Below, piece after piece: positions 31,218-41,909 of a stretch of DNA of 64,000 nt (the first letter of the stretch is position 1; each line of letters opens with the position of its first letter). The translations under genes and the position numbers were made by a program. The DNA lies in the sequence record DRR723986_7384. One strand, given 5' to 3'. Below the pieces are notes generated by a model. The model saw nothing but the letters and a program-made list of their open reading frames with translations. It was not told the origin of the DNA and searched no databases.

Positions 31218-33725
31218 CTACTTGTTGAGGAAAATTCGACTGTCGAGGGCGGCATGCAACAACGACTTGAGTCCGTAGTCTTGCTGCTTGGTAGAAGCAA
31301 CAATTTCATCGATAATCTCTCGATCGGCAAAAGCAATTTCTGAGCCGGTTGCATACTTCAGCAGATGCTCAACGAAACATCGCGCGATGGGCTCGGGCGA
31401 GTCATTCCAAAGCTGCTGGAACTCTTGGAAAGATCCGAAGCTTCGCCCATCGGGCAATGTATCGCTCGAATCAATCGGTTGTCCTGATCGAGTCTTGCCC
31501 CTGGAAACCGCAACATACTTTTCTCGCCATCGGCCAGCAGCGTCGAAATTCTCAAGGGCATTGCCAGGCGGATCAATCTTCTGGTGGCAACTTGCGCAAG
31601 CCGAATCTGATTTATGTTTGGCCAACATCTCACGAATGGTCGTTGCGCCGCGAATATCTGGTTCGATCGCAGGCACGTTTTCAGGTGGAGGAGCAATGGG
31701 CTGCCCCAAAATCCGCTGCGACACCCAAACACCTCGGAGGACCGGAGAAGTATTCGTGCCATTGGCGGTCACCTTGAGAATAGCGCCATGAGCTAGCAGG
31801 CCACCGCGAACGCTATCTTCGGGCAATTCAACGCGACGCATTTCCTGCCCTTCGACACCTTCGATCCCATAGTACTCAGCCAGCCGACCATTCAGGAAGG
31901 TATAGTCAGCAGTAACCAGCTCGTTTGCAGGCCGATTGTTCCGCAGAGCATAATCAACGGCCATGCGAGTCTCACCAAGCATCGCATTCTGAACGACCAA
32001 GTCGAAATTGCGGTAGAGTTTTCGATCCGGCTCGGTGAAGTCGATATTTGCCAAATCGAGCCAGCTATCTGCGAAACGCTCAACAAAGTCTGCTCCACGT
32101 GTATCGTCTAGCATGCGTTCAGTCTGCCGCCTGACTTCTCCAGGCTGAAGCAGCTTGCCACTGGCGGCAACCTCCCAAAGTTGATCGTCGGGCATTGAGC
32201 CCCAGAGCAAATAGCTAAGCCGGTTTGCAACCGCGAAACCATCCAATTGGCCTGCAGGCTCTGAAAAGTAAATAAAACGCGGGGAACACAAGATCGCTCT
32301 GTAGACACCACGCAGTGCGCCTATGGGTGCAACTCCCTGCTCAAGCTGTGCGTGGAGCATCTCCTGATAAAGGGCAACCGCATCTTCGCTGAGCCTGCGC
32401 CGGGCAGCTCGCTCTGCAAACCGATGCACTTGCTCGCTTAGCGAACGCTCCAACCGCTCACCTTTGGCGGTTAAGACCAGACCGCGTTTCTTGGCGTTGA
32501 CGGGGACATTGCCGAAAAGTCGCTGCCGCGTAAGGTCCGGCGTACCGCCCGGGTAAAGCCGCTCGATAGTCATATCATGCAAGGCGACACCAGCAATATC
32601 CTGCGGCTCGCCTTCGCCCGCGCCAACTTGACCTCCGCGAAAACGCCCTGTCTTCAAGGTCGCATCCGCCGGACGAATCTCAAGCATATGGTCTTTTGGA
32701 ACCCAGGCGATATAGGTGTGCTCGGTGGGAGTTTCCGTGGCTTCGAAGGTCCCGATGGAGGTCATCAGAGGTGCACCAGAATTACAGCGACCGCTACGAA
32801 TGGTGCACCAAACGCCGCGGTCCTCCGGAGGTCTAACACTGGAAGCTCGAAACCGGACCTTGTACCAGCCACCCTCGCGCATCGTGGTGCTAGTGATCCG
32901 GCCATAGAAGATCATCGTGCTGCTCCACACGACAGCAAGTCCATCACGCATCTCCGGGTCGCGACATCTGCGTTTTGGATTCGAGCGAGCCAACCGACGC
33001 GCGTCGTACTCCATCACTCGATCGTCGACCTCCGCTTCACCGGCGCGTTCAAATGCAGCATCCAGAGCTGCATCGACCACTGAAAGGTGGTCCTCAAGCT
33101 GGAAGTGCGACATGGATTGTGCCGCAGCAATATTGGTGACCCCTTCATGCCGAACCTCCTCTGGCAACAGACCAGCAAGTGGTACGTCGATTGCCAGGAG
33201 ATCATGCAGTGTCGATTCCAATTCTTGATTTGTCAGCCGACGGCCTCGAGTCCTTCCGAACTGCTCAAGCTGCTTTTCCTGCGTATGCTTAAGCCAGTGA
33301 TGCGTCTGGGACTCGAACTCTTGCCGGGCAGGAAAGTCAGGTGAGTCCTTATCGATTGTCCCATAGTCCTCCGGCGGCATCTCTCCGTCGCGAACGCGTT
33401 CGAATACACGAACCCATTTGGCGAACGCTTCGTGATCCGCCAGAATATTTGTGTCCGATTTTGTTCGGTCCAAGAGCTGCTCCAAATCGGCGCCACCTTC
33501 CGCTCCATCACCACTGTGACAATCCAGGCAATGTTCGCTTAAAAAAGCCTCTCCAGCACCAGGAAACGGATGCAAAGCTTTAGTCTCGCCGACGCTGTCT
33601 TTGGACTCAGCAGCGCCGTCGGCGGCCAACGCCGCGCTGGAACACAGATCGCCCACGTGCACCAGAGTGGCGGTGACTAGAGCAAGTGCAAATGAGAGAC
33701 TGACGGTTCCGTTGGTTTTCATCAT
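31218..33725 (-). CDS. DUF1592/DUF1588/DUF1585/DUF1587/DUF1595 protein with planctomycete cytochrome c domain
   Basis: CLDCH, RRLTNQE, ANRLSYLLWGSMPD, TSPVLRGVW, CASCHQKIDPPG, FDAAGRWR. Confidence 0.9.
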   Translation of the reverse strand: MMKTNGTVSLSFALALVTATLVHVGDLCSSAALAADGAAESKDSVGETKALHPFPGAGEAFLSEHCLDCHSGDGAEGGADLEQLLDRTKSDTNILADHEAFAKWVRVFERVRDGEMPPEDYGTIDKDSPDFPARQEFESQTHHWLKHTQEKQLEQFGRTRGRRLTNQELESTLHDLLAIDVPLAGLLPEEVRHEGVTNIAAAQSMSHFQLEDHLSVVDAALDAAFERAGEAEVDDRVMEYDARRLARSNPKRRCRDPEMRDGLAVVWSSTMIFYGRITSTTMREGGWYKVRFRASSVRPPEDRGVWCTIRSGRCNSGAPLMTSIGTFEATETPTEHTYIAWVPKDHMLEIRPADATLKTGRFRGGQVGAGEGEPQDIAGVALHDMTIERLYPGGTPDLTRQRLFGNVPVNAKKRGLVLTAKGERLERSLSEQVHRFAERAARRRLSEDAVALYQEMLHAQLEQGVAPIGALRGVYRAILCSPRFIYFSEPAGQLDGFAVANRLSYLLWGSMPDDQLWEVAASGKLLQPGEVRRQTERMLDDTRGADFVERFADSWLDLANIDFTEPDRKLYRNFDLVVQNAMLGETRMAVDYALRNNRPANELVTADYTFLNGRLAEYYGIEGVEGQEMRRVELPEDSVRGGLLAHGAILKVTANGTNTSPVLRGVWVSQRILGQPIAPPPENVPAIEPDIRGATTIREMLAKHKSDSACASCHQKIDPPGNALENFDAAGRWREKYVAVSRGKTRSGQPIDSSDTLPDGRSFGSFQEFQQLWNDSPEPIARCFVEHLLKYATGSEIAFADREIIDEIVASTKQQDYGLKSLLHAALDSRIFLNK

Positions 33726-34024
33726 AGCTTCGGCGCAATGCCAACTTGCTCTCGTAAGCGAAAGCCGGATCGCAAAGGTTGGCTTCAGCGTCAGTGGTTT
33801 CCTAGCGTGAAACTAGCAAAACTTGACCTGGAGAGCTGACGGGGAGGGATTCAAGGTAGGTGGGGAGTGATGCTTATACCGCGCGAAGCAGCACTTCAGC
33901 TAACTCAGGGGACATCACTGGTGGGCCCATGATTATACACCAATCTGGGACCTATCGCGACGCAGAACCCTCAAGCGGCTAAGTGCAGTATCGAAAGGGA
34001 GTTACCACGCGACTACAGACAACA

Positions 34025-34753
34025 TTATCGACGTTTTTTACCGATTCGCGACAATAATCGCCGCAACTTCTTCACTGCTTTCCAGTGTTCGCGCGGGTGC
34101 CCCTGAATGGAAACCTGCCAAGTCTCCAGTGAGTCAACATCAAGGGCACTCAACCAACTGCCCCCAACACACCCCGTATCCAGGCAGGTGAAGTGGCCGA
34201 ACCACCCAATTTCGCCGCGATTCTGTGGGGTGTGGCCGAGCACGACATGCTTCCCGGAGCAGTGCGGCTGTGGAACATAGTCGGTCAAGTGATCCCAAAA
34301 CAAAGCGGACTCCGATTGCTGACCCATCGGAACATCCGCTTGGTAGTTGGCGTGAACGAAGATGTGGGTCTCCGTCTCGTAGTAATGCAAGCAACTGCGA
34401 AGGAACTGCAGGTGTGTCTCGCTAATATTCTCAAGCCGTCCGCCGTAGCTGGTGACCGTTTGCTGACCGCCAACCTTCAACCAAAGATCTGCTGGCAGAC
34501 CTCGCAACGCACCAAGCAGCATCACTTCGTGGTTCCCCAGCAAGAACACTGCATTGCATCGCTTCTGCACTTCCAACAGGGCCTCAACGACACCACGGCT
34601 ATCGGGACCGCGGTCGATGTAGTCTCCCAGGAAGACCAAACGATCGTCGGGCTGCGGATCGATCTCGGCGATTAACCCGTGAAGCGCCTTGGAGCAGCCG
34701 TGGATGTCACCAATAGCAATGGTCCGCATGCCGGCTGCAGGCTCCTGTTTCAA
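34025..34753 (-). CDS. Metallophosphoesterase (PPP/PrpA-like Ser/Thr phosphatase)
   Basis: GDIHG, GDYIDRG, GNHE, FVHA, GHTP, DTG. Confidence 0.92.
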   Translation of the reverse strand: MKQEPAAGMRTIAIGDIHGCSKALHGLIAEIDPQPDDRLVFLGDYIDRGPDSRGVVEALLEVQKRCNAVFLLGNHEVMLLGALRGLPADLWLKVGGQQTVTSYGGRLENISETHLQFLRSCLHYYETETHIFVHANYQADVPMGQQSESALFWDHLTDYVPQPHCSGKHVVLGHTPQNRGEIGWFGHFTCLDTGCVGGSWLSALDVDSLETWQVSIQGHPREHWKAVKKLRRLLSRIGKKRR

Positions 34754-34866
34754 TTGAGTGTTTTGTGGGCGATGGGCCGCTAGTGGATGACTAGCTGAAA
34801 GCGCCTAAAGAGTGTTCGCATGATAGCGCATGGGCAGTCCAGCGTGCCTAAGTGGATCACTTTCTC

Positions 34867-35514
34867 TCAATTGCATGCTGGGTCATCCGGCATTTTGGCT
34901 GCGCCAATTCCGACACTCAGGATATCGCGCCCAATCTCTCGGACTGCTCGCTCCCAAACTTCATCAACTGGTGAGAAAACGTCTTGAGGAGAGATATCCC
35001 ACACCAACCAGCCTCCCTGATGCATCTCTCCGTCTAGCTGACCAGCTCCCCAGCCGGAGTATCCGTCGAACAACTTGTAGTTCGCTTCGCTGCTGTCTGA
35101 CTTATTCGCCCCATTCGGCTGGGCACCATCGCCAGGGGCCTGCTCCAGTGGCTCAGTTGTCGATTCGTCCGATGACTGCGCCGCAGCTTCGTCAGCGCAC
35201 AGCTCTAAGATCTTCTCTGGGCTACTATCGACCCTGACGCTCCCTCCATCATCATCACCCTGGAACAGCACGGTTAGTGGTCCGCCAACTGGGCCGCCCC
35301 AGTAGATGGGAGCTTGGTTTCCGCTGCACACCGATGCAATGTCGGACAGAACATCACCGACCGTTTTCTCAGTTGGTCGATTGATTACAACACCAACTGC
35401 CCCTTCGGCGTCATGATGGATAATGTACACAACGGTCCGGAAGAAATTTGGGTCCGCGAGTGCAGGGGCTGCAACTAGCGCTTTGCCTGTGAGAGACTTC
35501 AGGGGCTCATTCAT
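34867..35514 (-). CDS. YqgE/AlgH family protein
   Basis: DPNFFRTVVY, GVVINRP, GGPV, GYSGWGAGQL. Start taken at MNEPLKS. Confidence 0.9.
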   Translation of the reverse strand: MNEPLKSLTGKALVAAPALADPNFFRTVVYIIHHDAEGAVGVVINRPTEKTVGDVLSDIASVCSGNQAPIYWGGPVGGPLTVLFQGDDDGGSVRVDSSPEKILELCADEAAAQSSDESTTEPLEQAPGDGAQPNGANKSDSSEANYKLFDGYSGWGAGQLDGEMHQGGWLVWDISPQDVFSPVDEVWERAVREIGRDILSVGIGAAKMPDDPACN

Positions 35515-35631
35515 CGTTTGCGCTGGCGGTAGGTTTCTAGGAGCAGTAAATTCGTACGGGCAGTAAATCCCTAAAGGGCAGACCGACAAAACCTCTCCGA
35601 TGCACCAATGCGACAATGATCGACAACGAAG

Positions 35632-36642
35632 CTACTGTTGGTAGGTTTCAGTCCAGGCGCATCCGGCCCACGACCAGCCTACGCCAAATCCGATTAAAAG
35701 GCTACGCTTGCCCGGCGTCAATCTTCCTTCGCGGCGCATGTCGGAAATAAGAATCGGCAGGGTGCTCGACACAGTATTCCCGTACTCGGCCAAGCGAATC
35801 GGCAGCCTGGCGTCGTCGACGCCGATGCGGGTTTGCAACTGCTGAAGCATCTTCCGAGTAGCTTGATGAAGCAAATACAGGTCAACATCGCTTTCAGCCA
35901 TCTTGGCCTGCCCTAGAATTTGCTCAATCAGGTTTGGGACCGCTACGACCGTGAAGCTCATGAGGCTCGGTCCATCCATGTACAAGCGGCTCTTCCAGCG
36001 TTTGCGATGGCGAGGGCGAATCGCATCGCACTCTGCCCGAGCGCCGCCATCACCAACCAAGAGCGTGTCCGCTCCGCTGCCGTCGGTTCCAAACTGAAAT
36101 GCGGTTAGGGGTGGAGCAGGTGAGTCGGTGGCGCGGACCAAGGTCGCGGCAGCCGCATCACCAAAGATGGTCCGCAGGCTGCGATCTTCGTCATCGATGT
36201 ATTTTGAGTACGTTTCACTTGTTACAAGCAAGACATTCTTCGCTGCGCCACTACGAATGAGCCCGTCAGCCATCGCCAAGCCGTAGACGAAGCCCGAGCA
36301 ACCAAGGTTAAAATCTAAAGCGCCGCAGCCGGTCGGCAGGTTGAGACGATCTTGAAGCAAGCATGCCGTCGTTGGGAGCGGATAGTCGGGCGTCTGCGTG
36401 CAAAGAAGAAGGAAATCAATCTCTTCGCGATCGATCTGATGCTCGGCGAAGAGCTTTTCACACGCGCTGACGGCCAAGTCCGAAGCGGTTTCGTTCTCTT
36501 CGGCAATGAAGCGGCTCTCGATGCCAGTCTTCTGGCCAATTAGCTCGAGATCCCAATTGGGAAACTGAGCTTGGAGCTCCGCGTTGGTTTCTGCACGTGC
36601 AGGAAAATGGACCGCGATGGGGCCGATTTCGGCGAACGGCAC
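35632..36642 (-). CDS. fabH: 3-oxoacyl-ACP synthase III family protein
   Basis: KTGIESR, NLGCSGFVYGL, FGDAAAA, HQA, GNTVSS, GFGVGWSW; Cys-His-Asn triad. GTG start. Confidence 0.9.
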   Translation of the reverse strand: MPFAEIGPIAVHFPARAETNAELQAQFPNWDLELIGQKTGIESRFIAEENETASDLAVSACEKLFAEHQIDREEIDFLLLCTQTPDYPLPTTACLLQDRLNLPTGCGALDFNLGCSGFVYGLAMADGLIRSGAAKNVLLVTSETYSKYIDDEDRSLRTIFGDAAAATLVRATDSPAPPLTAFQFGTDGSGADTLLVGDGGARAECDAIRPRHRKRWKSRLYMDGPSLMSFTVVAVPNLIEQILGQAKMAESDVDLYLLHQATRKMLQQLQTRIGVDDARLPIRLAEYGNTVSSTLPILISDMRREGRLTPGKRSLLIGFGVGWSWAGCAWTETYQQ

Positions 36643-37098
36643 ACTCTACTCCTTGAAAAGCACGCTGCGAAGCTTCAGTTGTCAATTTCGGTCGCGAACC
36701 GTTTTGAAGCTGTCCGGTGGACGGTTACTAGGGCTAACCGCTTCGGAAGTGTCAATGATTGGCCGGCGACATAGGATACCAGTGCAACTGGCCCCCTAAA
36801 TAGGATATCGGTGCCAGCCCTTCGCGGAAGGCGACATGCGAGCTTGCTGGCCCCAATTCTGCCTAGTTTTTGACGCTGTGGTGGCAACTTGTGTGGGTTT
36901 ATCGACTCCCCAATTGGCCCACGTTTTCGAGCAGTCAGCATACTGGTCTTTTAGGAATTAATCGCTAGGCTAAGAGCTCGCGCAGGCGATGACCTCATGC
37001 CGACAAGGTGCACTGAAGTGCCCTCAGAGACAGCTAAGGGGACCGCTGACGCCCGGCCAAGACAACCGCTTACCCTTCCTGCCAAGGAGATTCCCGAA

Positions 37099-38094
37099 AT
37101 GGCTCGCCCCGTAACTCTTTTCACCGGCCAGTGGGCCGATCTGCCGATCGATCACATGGCGAAGCTGACCAGCCAATTCGGATACGATGGAATCGAACTT
37201 GCCTGCTGGGGTGACCACTTCGAAGTCGACAAAGCGATCAGTGAAGACGATTACTGCACCAAAAAACGTGAACTACTGGAGTCCAACAATCTGCAGTGTC
37301 ACGCCATCAGTGCTCACTTAGTCGGGCAAGCGGTTCTCGACACAATTGACGAACGCCACAAAGCGATCTTGCCAGACTACATCTGGGGTGACGGCGATCC
37401 AGCGGGTGTCAACGAGCGAGCGTCGAAAGAACTGATGGACACCGCCCGAGCGGCGCAGAAGTTTGGTGTTGGTGTCGTCAACGGCTTCACAGGTTCTAGC
37501 ATTTGGCCTCTTCTGTACTCGTTTCCACCAGTACCAGAGTCGATGATCCAAGCTGGTTTTGACCTGTTGGCTGAACGTTTCAATCCAATCTTGGACGTTT
37601 TCGGTGAATGCGGTGTTAAGTTCGCATTGGAAGTTCACCCAACCGAAATCGCGTTCGACATCTACACCGCAGAGCGAGCCCTGGAAGCTCTTGGACACCG
37701 CGAAGAGTTCGGTTTCAACTTCGACCCAAGCCACTTGATCTGGCAAGGCGTTGACCCTGTAGAATTTATCCGTGCGTTCCCGGATCGCATCTACCACGTC
37801 CACATCAAGGATGCCATCCAAACGCTCAACGGCAAGTCTGGCATCCTCGCAAGCCACCTGAACTTCGGCGACGCCCGACGAGGTTGGGACTTCCGCAGCC
37901 CTGGTCGCGGTGGAGTCAACTTTGAAGAGATCATTCGTGCTCTCAACGAAATCAACTACCAAGGACCGCTCAGCATCGAGTGGGAAGACAGCGGGATGGA
38001 GCGGGAATTCGGCGCTGCCGAGGCTTGCCGATTCACCAAGTCGCTCGACTTTAGCCCGAGCAATCGTGCGTTTGATTCCGCTTTCGATGAGTAG
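37099..38094 (+). CDS. Sugar phosphate isomerase/epimerase (xylose isomerase-like TIM barrel)
   Basis: [41 protein letters not shown]. Confidence 0.9.
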   Translation: MARPVTLFTGQWADLPIDHMAKLTSQFGYDGIELACWGDHFEVDKAISEDDYCTKKRELLESNNLQCHAISAHLVGQAVLDTIDERHKAILPDYIWGDGDPAGVNERASKELMDTARAAQKFGVGVVNGFTGSSIWPLLYSFPPVPESMIQAGFDLLAERFNPILDVFGECGVKFALEVHPTEIAFDIYTAERALEALGHREEFGFNFDPSHLIWQGVDPVEFIRAFPDRIYHVHIKDAIQTLNGKSGILASHLNFGDARRGWDFRSPGRGGVNFEEIIRALNEINYQGPLSIEWEDSGMEREFGAAEACRFTKSLDFSPSNRAFDSAFDE

Positions 38095-38100
38095 GCTCTG

Positions 38101-38319
38101 ATGGCTGACGACTCAACCATTGCTATCACCTTCAACGGAGATCCGCTGAACGTACCAAGTGGGACGACGGTGGAATCACTCCTGGAGATCGCCCAGATGC
38201 AAAAGGGTGTCGTCGCCGTTGAGGTTAACCTTGAGGTCGTTCCACGCGAGCAGCATGCGACCAAGCAACTGACCAGCGATGATAAGATCGAAGCAGTTAC
38301 GCTAGTGGGCGGTGGGTAA
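38101..38319 (+). CDS. thiS: Sulfur carrier protein ThiS
   Basis: [13 protein letters not shown]-terminal VGGG, directly before thiG. Confidence 0.95.
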   Translation: MADDSTIAITFNGDPLNVPSGTTVESLLEIAQMQKGVVAVEVNLEVVPREQHATKQLTSDDKIEAVTLVGGG

Positions 38320-38324
38320 GCTTA

Positions 38325-39281
38325 ATGGCCACAAGAAGTAGCACTCCCAGCGAATCTACGGGTTCCCAGACGAGCGACAAAGACTCTCTCGTAGCGGCTA
38401 GCCACTTCAACGATCCGCCCCTTCGCATCGGTGAGATCGAACTGAAGAGTCGGCTGATCGTTGGAACCGGCAAGTACGAAACGCTGGAGATGATGCGTGA
38501 CTCTCTGGCGGCCTCTGGTTCTGATGCCGTGACGGTTGCCGTCCGGCGAGAGAAGATGTACGCCCCAAGTGGTCAGAACATCTTGGATTACATCGACCCC
38601 AACAAGTACCTGCTCCTGCCGAACACGGCCGGTTGCTTCAATGCACCAGATGCTGTTCGAGTCGCAAAGCTAGGACGCGAAATCCTCCGCGCTTTGGAGA
38701 ACCCAGGAGCCAATTGGGTCAAACTTGAGGTACTTGGCGATAGCAAAACGTTGCTTCCCGATCCGGTTGCGACGCTCGACGCCTGCCAACAGTTGGTGGC
38801 CGATGGCTTCCAGGTTCTATGTTACACAAGCGATGACCCTATCATCGCAAAACGGCTGAAGGACGCTGGCGCAGCTAGCGTCATGCCCGCAGGTAGCCCG
38901 ATCGGCAGCGGTCAAGGAATCTTGAATCCGAACAATCTTCAAATCATCCTCGAGTACTTGAAAGAGGATGATCCAGACTATCCCGTAATCGTCGACGCGG
39001 GTGTAGGGACCGCTAGCGACGTTTCCGTTGCATTTGAACTTGGAGCCGATGGCGTTCTGCTCAACTCCGCCATCGCTCACGCTCGTGATCCGATTGGCAT
39101 GAGCATTGCGATGCACCATGCAGCCGTCGCAGGCCGAACAGCCTATTTGTCTGGACGCATCCCCAAACGGCTCTACGCCACTGCCAGCAGCCCGGAAGAA
39201 GGCGTCATCACGACTCGGCCCTACGGCAACACTGCCAAAGCCGTAACTTCAGAGAAGCGTTCCGACGACTCCAGCACTTAG
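38325..39281 (+). CDS. thiG: Thiazole synthase ThiG
   Basis: [44 protein letters not shown]. Confidence 0.97.
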   Translation: MATRSSTPSESTGSQTSDKDSLVAASHFNDPPLRIGEIELKSRLIVGTGKYETLEMMRDSLAASGSDAVTVAVRREKMYAPSGQNILDYIDPNKYLLLPNTAGCFNAPDAVRVAKLGREILRALENPGANWVKLEVLGDSKTLLPDPVATLDACQQLVADGFQVLCYTSDDPIIAKRLKDAGAASVMPAGSPIGSGQGILNPNNLQIILEYLKEDDPDYPVIVDAGVGTASDVSVAFELGADGVLLNSAIAHARDPIGMSIAMHHAAVAGRTAYLSGRIPKRLYATASSPEEGVITTRPYGNTAKAVTSEKRSDDSST

Positions 39282-39289
39282 TCGTCTAA

Positions 39290-39577
39290 CTACAGATGCA
39301 CGGGGATTAGAAACTGCTGCTCATCTGCCTGCTTCTCAGGATACTGCTGTAGAGTCTGAAAGGACGGATCCGCCTCGTAGGCTGCTTTGATTGCGACCTT
39401 CGCCTTGTCCGTAACACTAGCAATTGCATCTCGAAGCGACCCGCCATCCCCAGTCACACCGTCAAGATTCGCAATGTTGGCGGCGAATCGATTCTCGGCC
39501 TTCTTTATTCGAACCACCAAGTTGAACACCGGTGGTGTATCCGCGGTAGTTACATGCAAATGTGGCTTGCCTGACAT
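39290..39577 (-). CDS. Small HicB-fold-like protein
   Basis: AAGGA RBS; beta-beta-beta-alpha pattern FAANIANLDGVTGDGGSLRDAIASV resembles the HicB N-terminal domain. Confidence 0.5.
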   Translation of the reverse strand: MSGKPHLHVTTADTPPVFNLVVRIKKAENRFAANIANLDGVTGDGGSLRDAIASVTDKAKVAIKAAYEADPSFQTLQQYPEKQADEQQFLIPVHL

Positions 39578-39960
39578 TGCCGTTTCCTTGTGCTAGTTGC
39601 ATTGATCGAGTGCTGCCATCTACTGGAATACCCTTTTACTCGAGAACAGTAAATGATCGTCTGAGGCGTCCACGACTGAATTTGGCGGAAAGTCGCAATG
39701 ACATCTTGGGGTTGTGTGACCAAGCATTTAGAGAAGCCGACGGACCGGCAACATTCTTCTTGGCATCCGAAAGACGTCCACAGCGCGGCTTATTTCAGTA
39801 TTCGTACCGATCAAGACTAGCAAATCAACTTGGCTGGCGCTTCAAACACCATAGCTCCGGTGCATTCTATCGACAGTAAGGATTATTCCGGATGCGCCGC
39901 CCTCAACAGGGCCCAACATCGTGCCGGTGATATTCTCCGTTCTTTACTTACCGGCAAAGT

Positions 39961-39988
39961 TTGACAAGTGCTAAAGCTGGCATAGGTT
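39961..39988 (+). promoter_or_regulatory. Putative sigma70 promoter of flp
   Basis: TTGACA (39961-39966), 16-nt spacer, TAGGTT. The -10 box is imperfect. Confidence 0.4.
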
Positions 39989-40153
39989 TTCAGTGCATAC
40001 CCTCAGTGGCTCGAATGTTCGAGTCGCAGGGATGCCACTGTTGTGTGTTGGTCGTGAGTATCGGTGGCGAAGATACGAGCTGCCCATCACACATTTACAA
40101 TCACATTGCCGCGATTATCCCTTCGCGGCACCCCGCATTCCTGGAGAGATGCA

Positions 40154-40333
40154 ATGAAGAATTTTGCAGCTAAAGTACAACGTTTTCTTAAGTCTGAAGA
40201 CGGCCCAACTGCTGTTGAATACGCAGTAATGTTGGCTCTTATCGTTGTTGTTTGCTTGGGTGCAATCACATCCATCGGTAGCAACGCGAACAGCACATTC
40301 CAAGGTGTTGCTGACCAACTCGGCACTCCTTAA
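40154..40333 (+). CDS. flp: Flp family type IVb/c pilin
   Basis: MKNFAAKVQRFLKSEDG/PTAVEYAVMLALIVVVCL; GGAG upstream of ATG 40154. Confidence 0.95.
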   Translation: MKNFAAKVQRFLKSEDGPTAVEYAVMLALIVVVCLGAITSIGSNANSTFQGVADQLGTP

Positions 40334-40496
40334 ATCGCGTATGCCTGACAACTTCACGAGAGGTTGTCACATGACGAGATTCAAGGCTTCAGCGGCGAGC
40401 CGCCTTTTCCAGGTGCGACTCATTGATTGAGGCCTCTACGATTCTGTCACGCGTCTTGCGTCGCGTGTCAAGAAGAATATCGATCCGCGGTTTTCT

Positions 40497-40524
40497 GGCG
40501 ATCCGCCTGCTTGGGCGGATCGCC
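40497..40524. other. Strong inverted repeat / hairpin between flp and cpaA
   Basis: GGCGATCCGCC-TGCTTG-GGCGGATCGCC, perfect 11-bp stem, no U-tract on the + strand. Confidence 0.7.
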
Positions 40525-40883
40525 TGAATTGCGTACAGAACCTTGCCCTTGGCCTGGTTCACCAAATCACTTGAGCCCCTAACTGGCTCCTGTTTCCATG
40601 TGCCTTACTCCCGAAAGGAGATATCAGAATGATGCCTCACCTGATGCCTACCGAATCGATTGCAGGCCTGTGGGAACTTGCTTGCTGCGCAGGAACGCTC
40701 CTGACCACGCTGTTCGTTTGGTTGGTCAGCCTCCGGTAATTTGCTTGCGATAGGACACGAGGTCAAGCGATTACCAGCAAACGACGCAAACACACGATTC
40801 AAAATTAATGGCCAAGTTGCCCGAGCAGCACAGAGCCGCTCGAAACGCCTTCGCCGGCGTGCCATTTACACACGGGGTTCGAC

Positions 40884-41441
40884 ATGGAAAACATTATCGC
40901 GAACATCACTGAGAACTGGGCCATGTGGGCCGTCTCGGTAACACTTGTTGTGGCTGCTGTCATTGACGGACTTTATTTGAAAGTCCCCAACAAAATCACT
41001 TATCCGCTGATCGTTGCGGGCTGGGTCTACAGCTTTGCCGTCGGCGGTTGGGCAGGACTTGGGTGGAGCTTTGCCGCGACATTCTTCGGCCTAGCCCTTT
41101 TGTTCGGACTTCACCTAATTGGTGGAATGGGTGCCGGCGACGTCAAGCTACTTGCTGGCATTGCGGCGTTCGTCCACATCGAACACACCTGGTACATTTT
41201 TGTGGCGACGACAATCGTGGGAGCGATCATGGCCATTGGCCAAATTGCACTCAGCGGCCAGTGGCTGAAGCACTGGACACAGGCTCAGGCGATCCTGCAG
41301 GAGATTGTGACCGTTCGCGACGCGGACAAACTGTATGAGATGTCTCAGGAGCGCAAGCCGCAGATGCGATTGCTGCCATACGGCATTCCAATGACGGTTG
41401 CCGCAATTGGCTACTTCGCATTCTCGGGAATGCTCTACTAG
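40884..41441 (+). CDS. cpaA: A24 family prepilin peptidase CpaA/TadV
   Basis: AAVID..LKVPN, GGMGAGDVKL, LPYGIP. Confidence 0.93.
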   Translation: MENIIANITENWAMWAVSVTLVVAAVIDGLYLKVPNKITYPLIVAGWVYSFAVGGWAGLGWSFAATFFGLALLFGLHLIGGMGAGDVKLLAGIAAFVHIEHTWYIFVATTIVGAIMAIGQIALSGQWLKHWTQAQAILQEIVTVRDADKLYEMSQERKPQMRLLPYGIPMTVAAIGYFAFSGMLY

Positions 41442-41909
41442 AACAACGCTTCTAGTTACATCAGTGAATACTGCCCCTGACGACTACGCGTTAGTACTTC
41501 AGGACGGGCAGGAGCTAGCAGAGCAAAGTGCATTCGGGTGTTCTACCCTGATTTGCTAGCTACCTGCACCAGCCCCTTTTTGGGTGACTGTGCCGATTGG
41601 CGCATTTTGTCTGGTTGTAATGATTGTCTGCCGCTTCTAATGCCGATTGGTGACAGAGAGCGCTCAATAGTCACGCCCGACCTTGCCCCGGTGGTGCGCA
41701 CCCTGTTGCTGCTAGGCAAGATAGTCCATCTTCGAAACATACACTGAAGCCGTGTACGTCGTTATGCCAATGATAGCTTTACCAACTGCGCTGTCACCGG
41801 CGCATGCCCGCGAATTGGACTCAACGGCCAAGCAAGAATAGCTGACTCTGCCAAGTTAAAGGATTTGTTTGGCGAGTTACGAAATCAACGTTTAAGGCAG
41901 CCGAAGTCG

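Noticed and set aside
36800-37098. TPP riboswitch ahead of the isomerase-thiS-thiG unit
   Set aside because: No GCTGAGA...ACCTGA...GCGTAGGGA core was found.
39600-40150. c-di-GMP riboswitch or phased CCG motifs upstream of flp
   Set aside because: No GEMM consensus (GGCAAAC...GAAA...GACGCAAAGC). The CCG spacing does not fit a helical period and is expected by chance.
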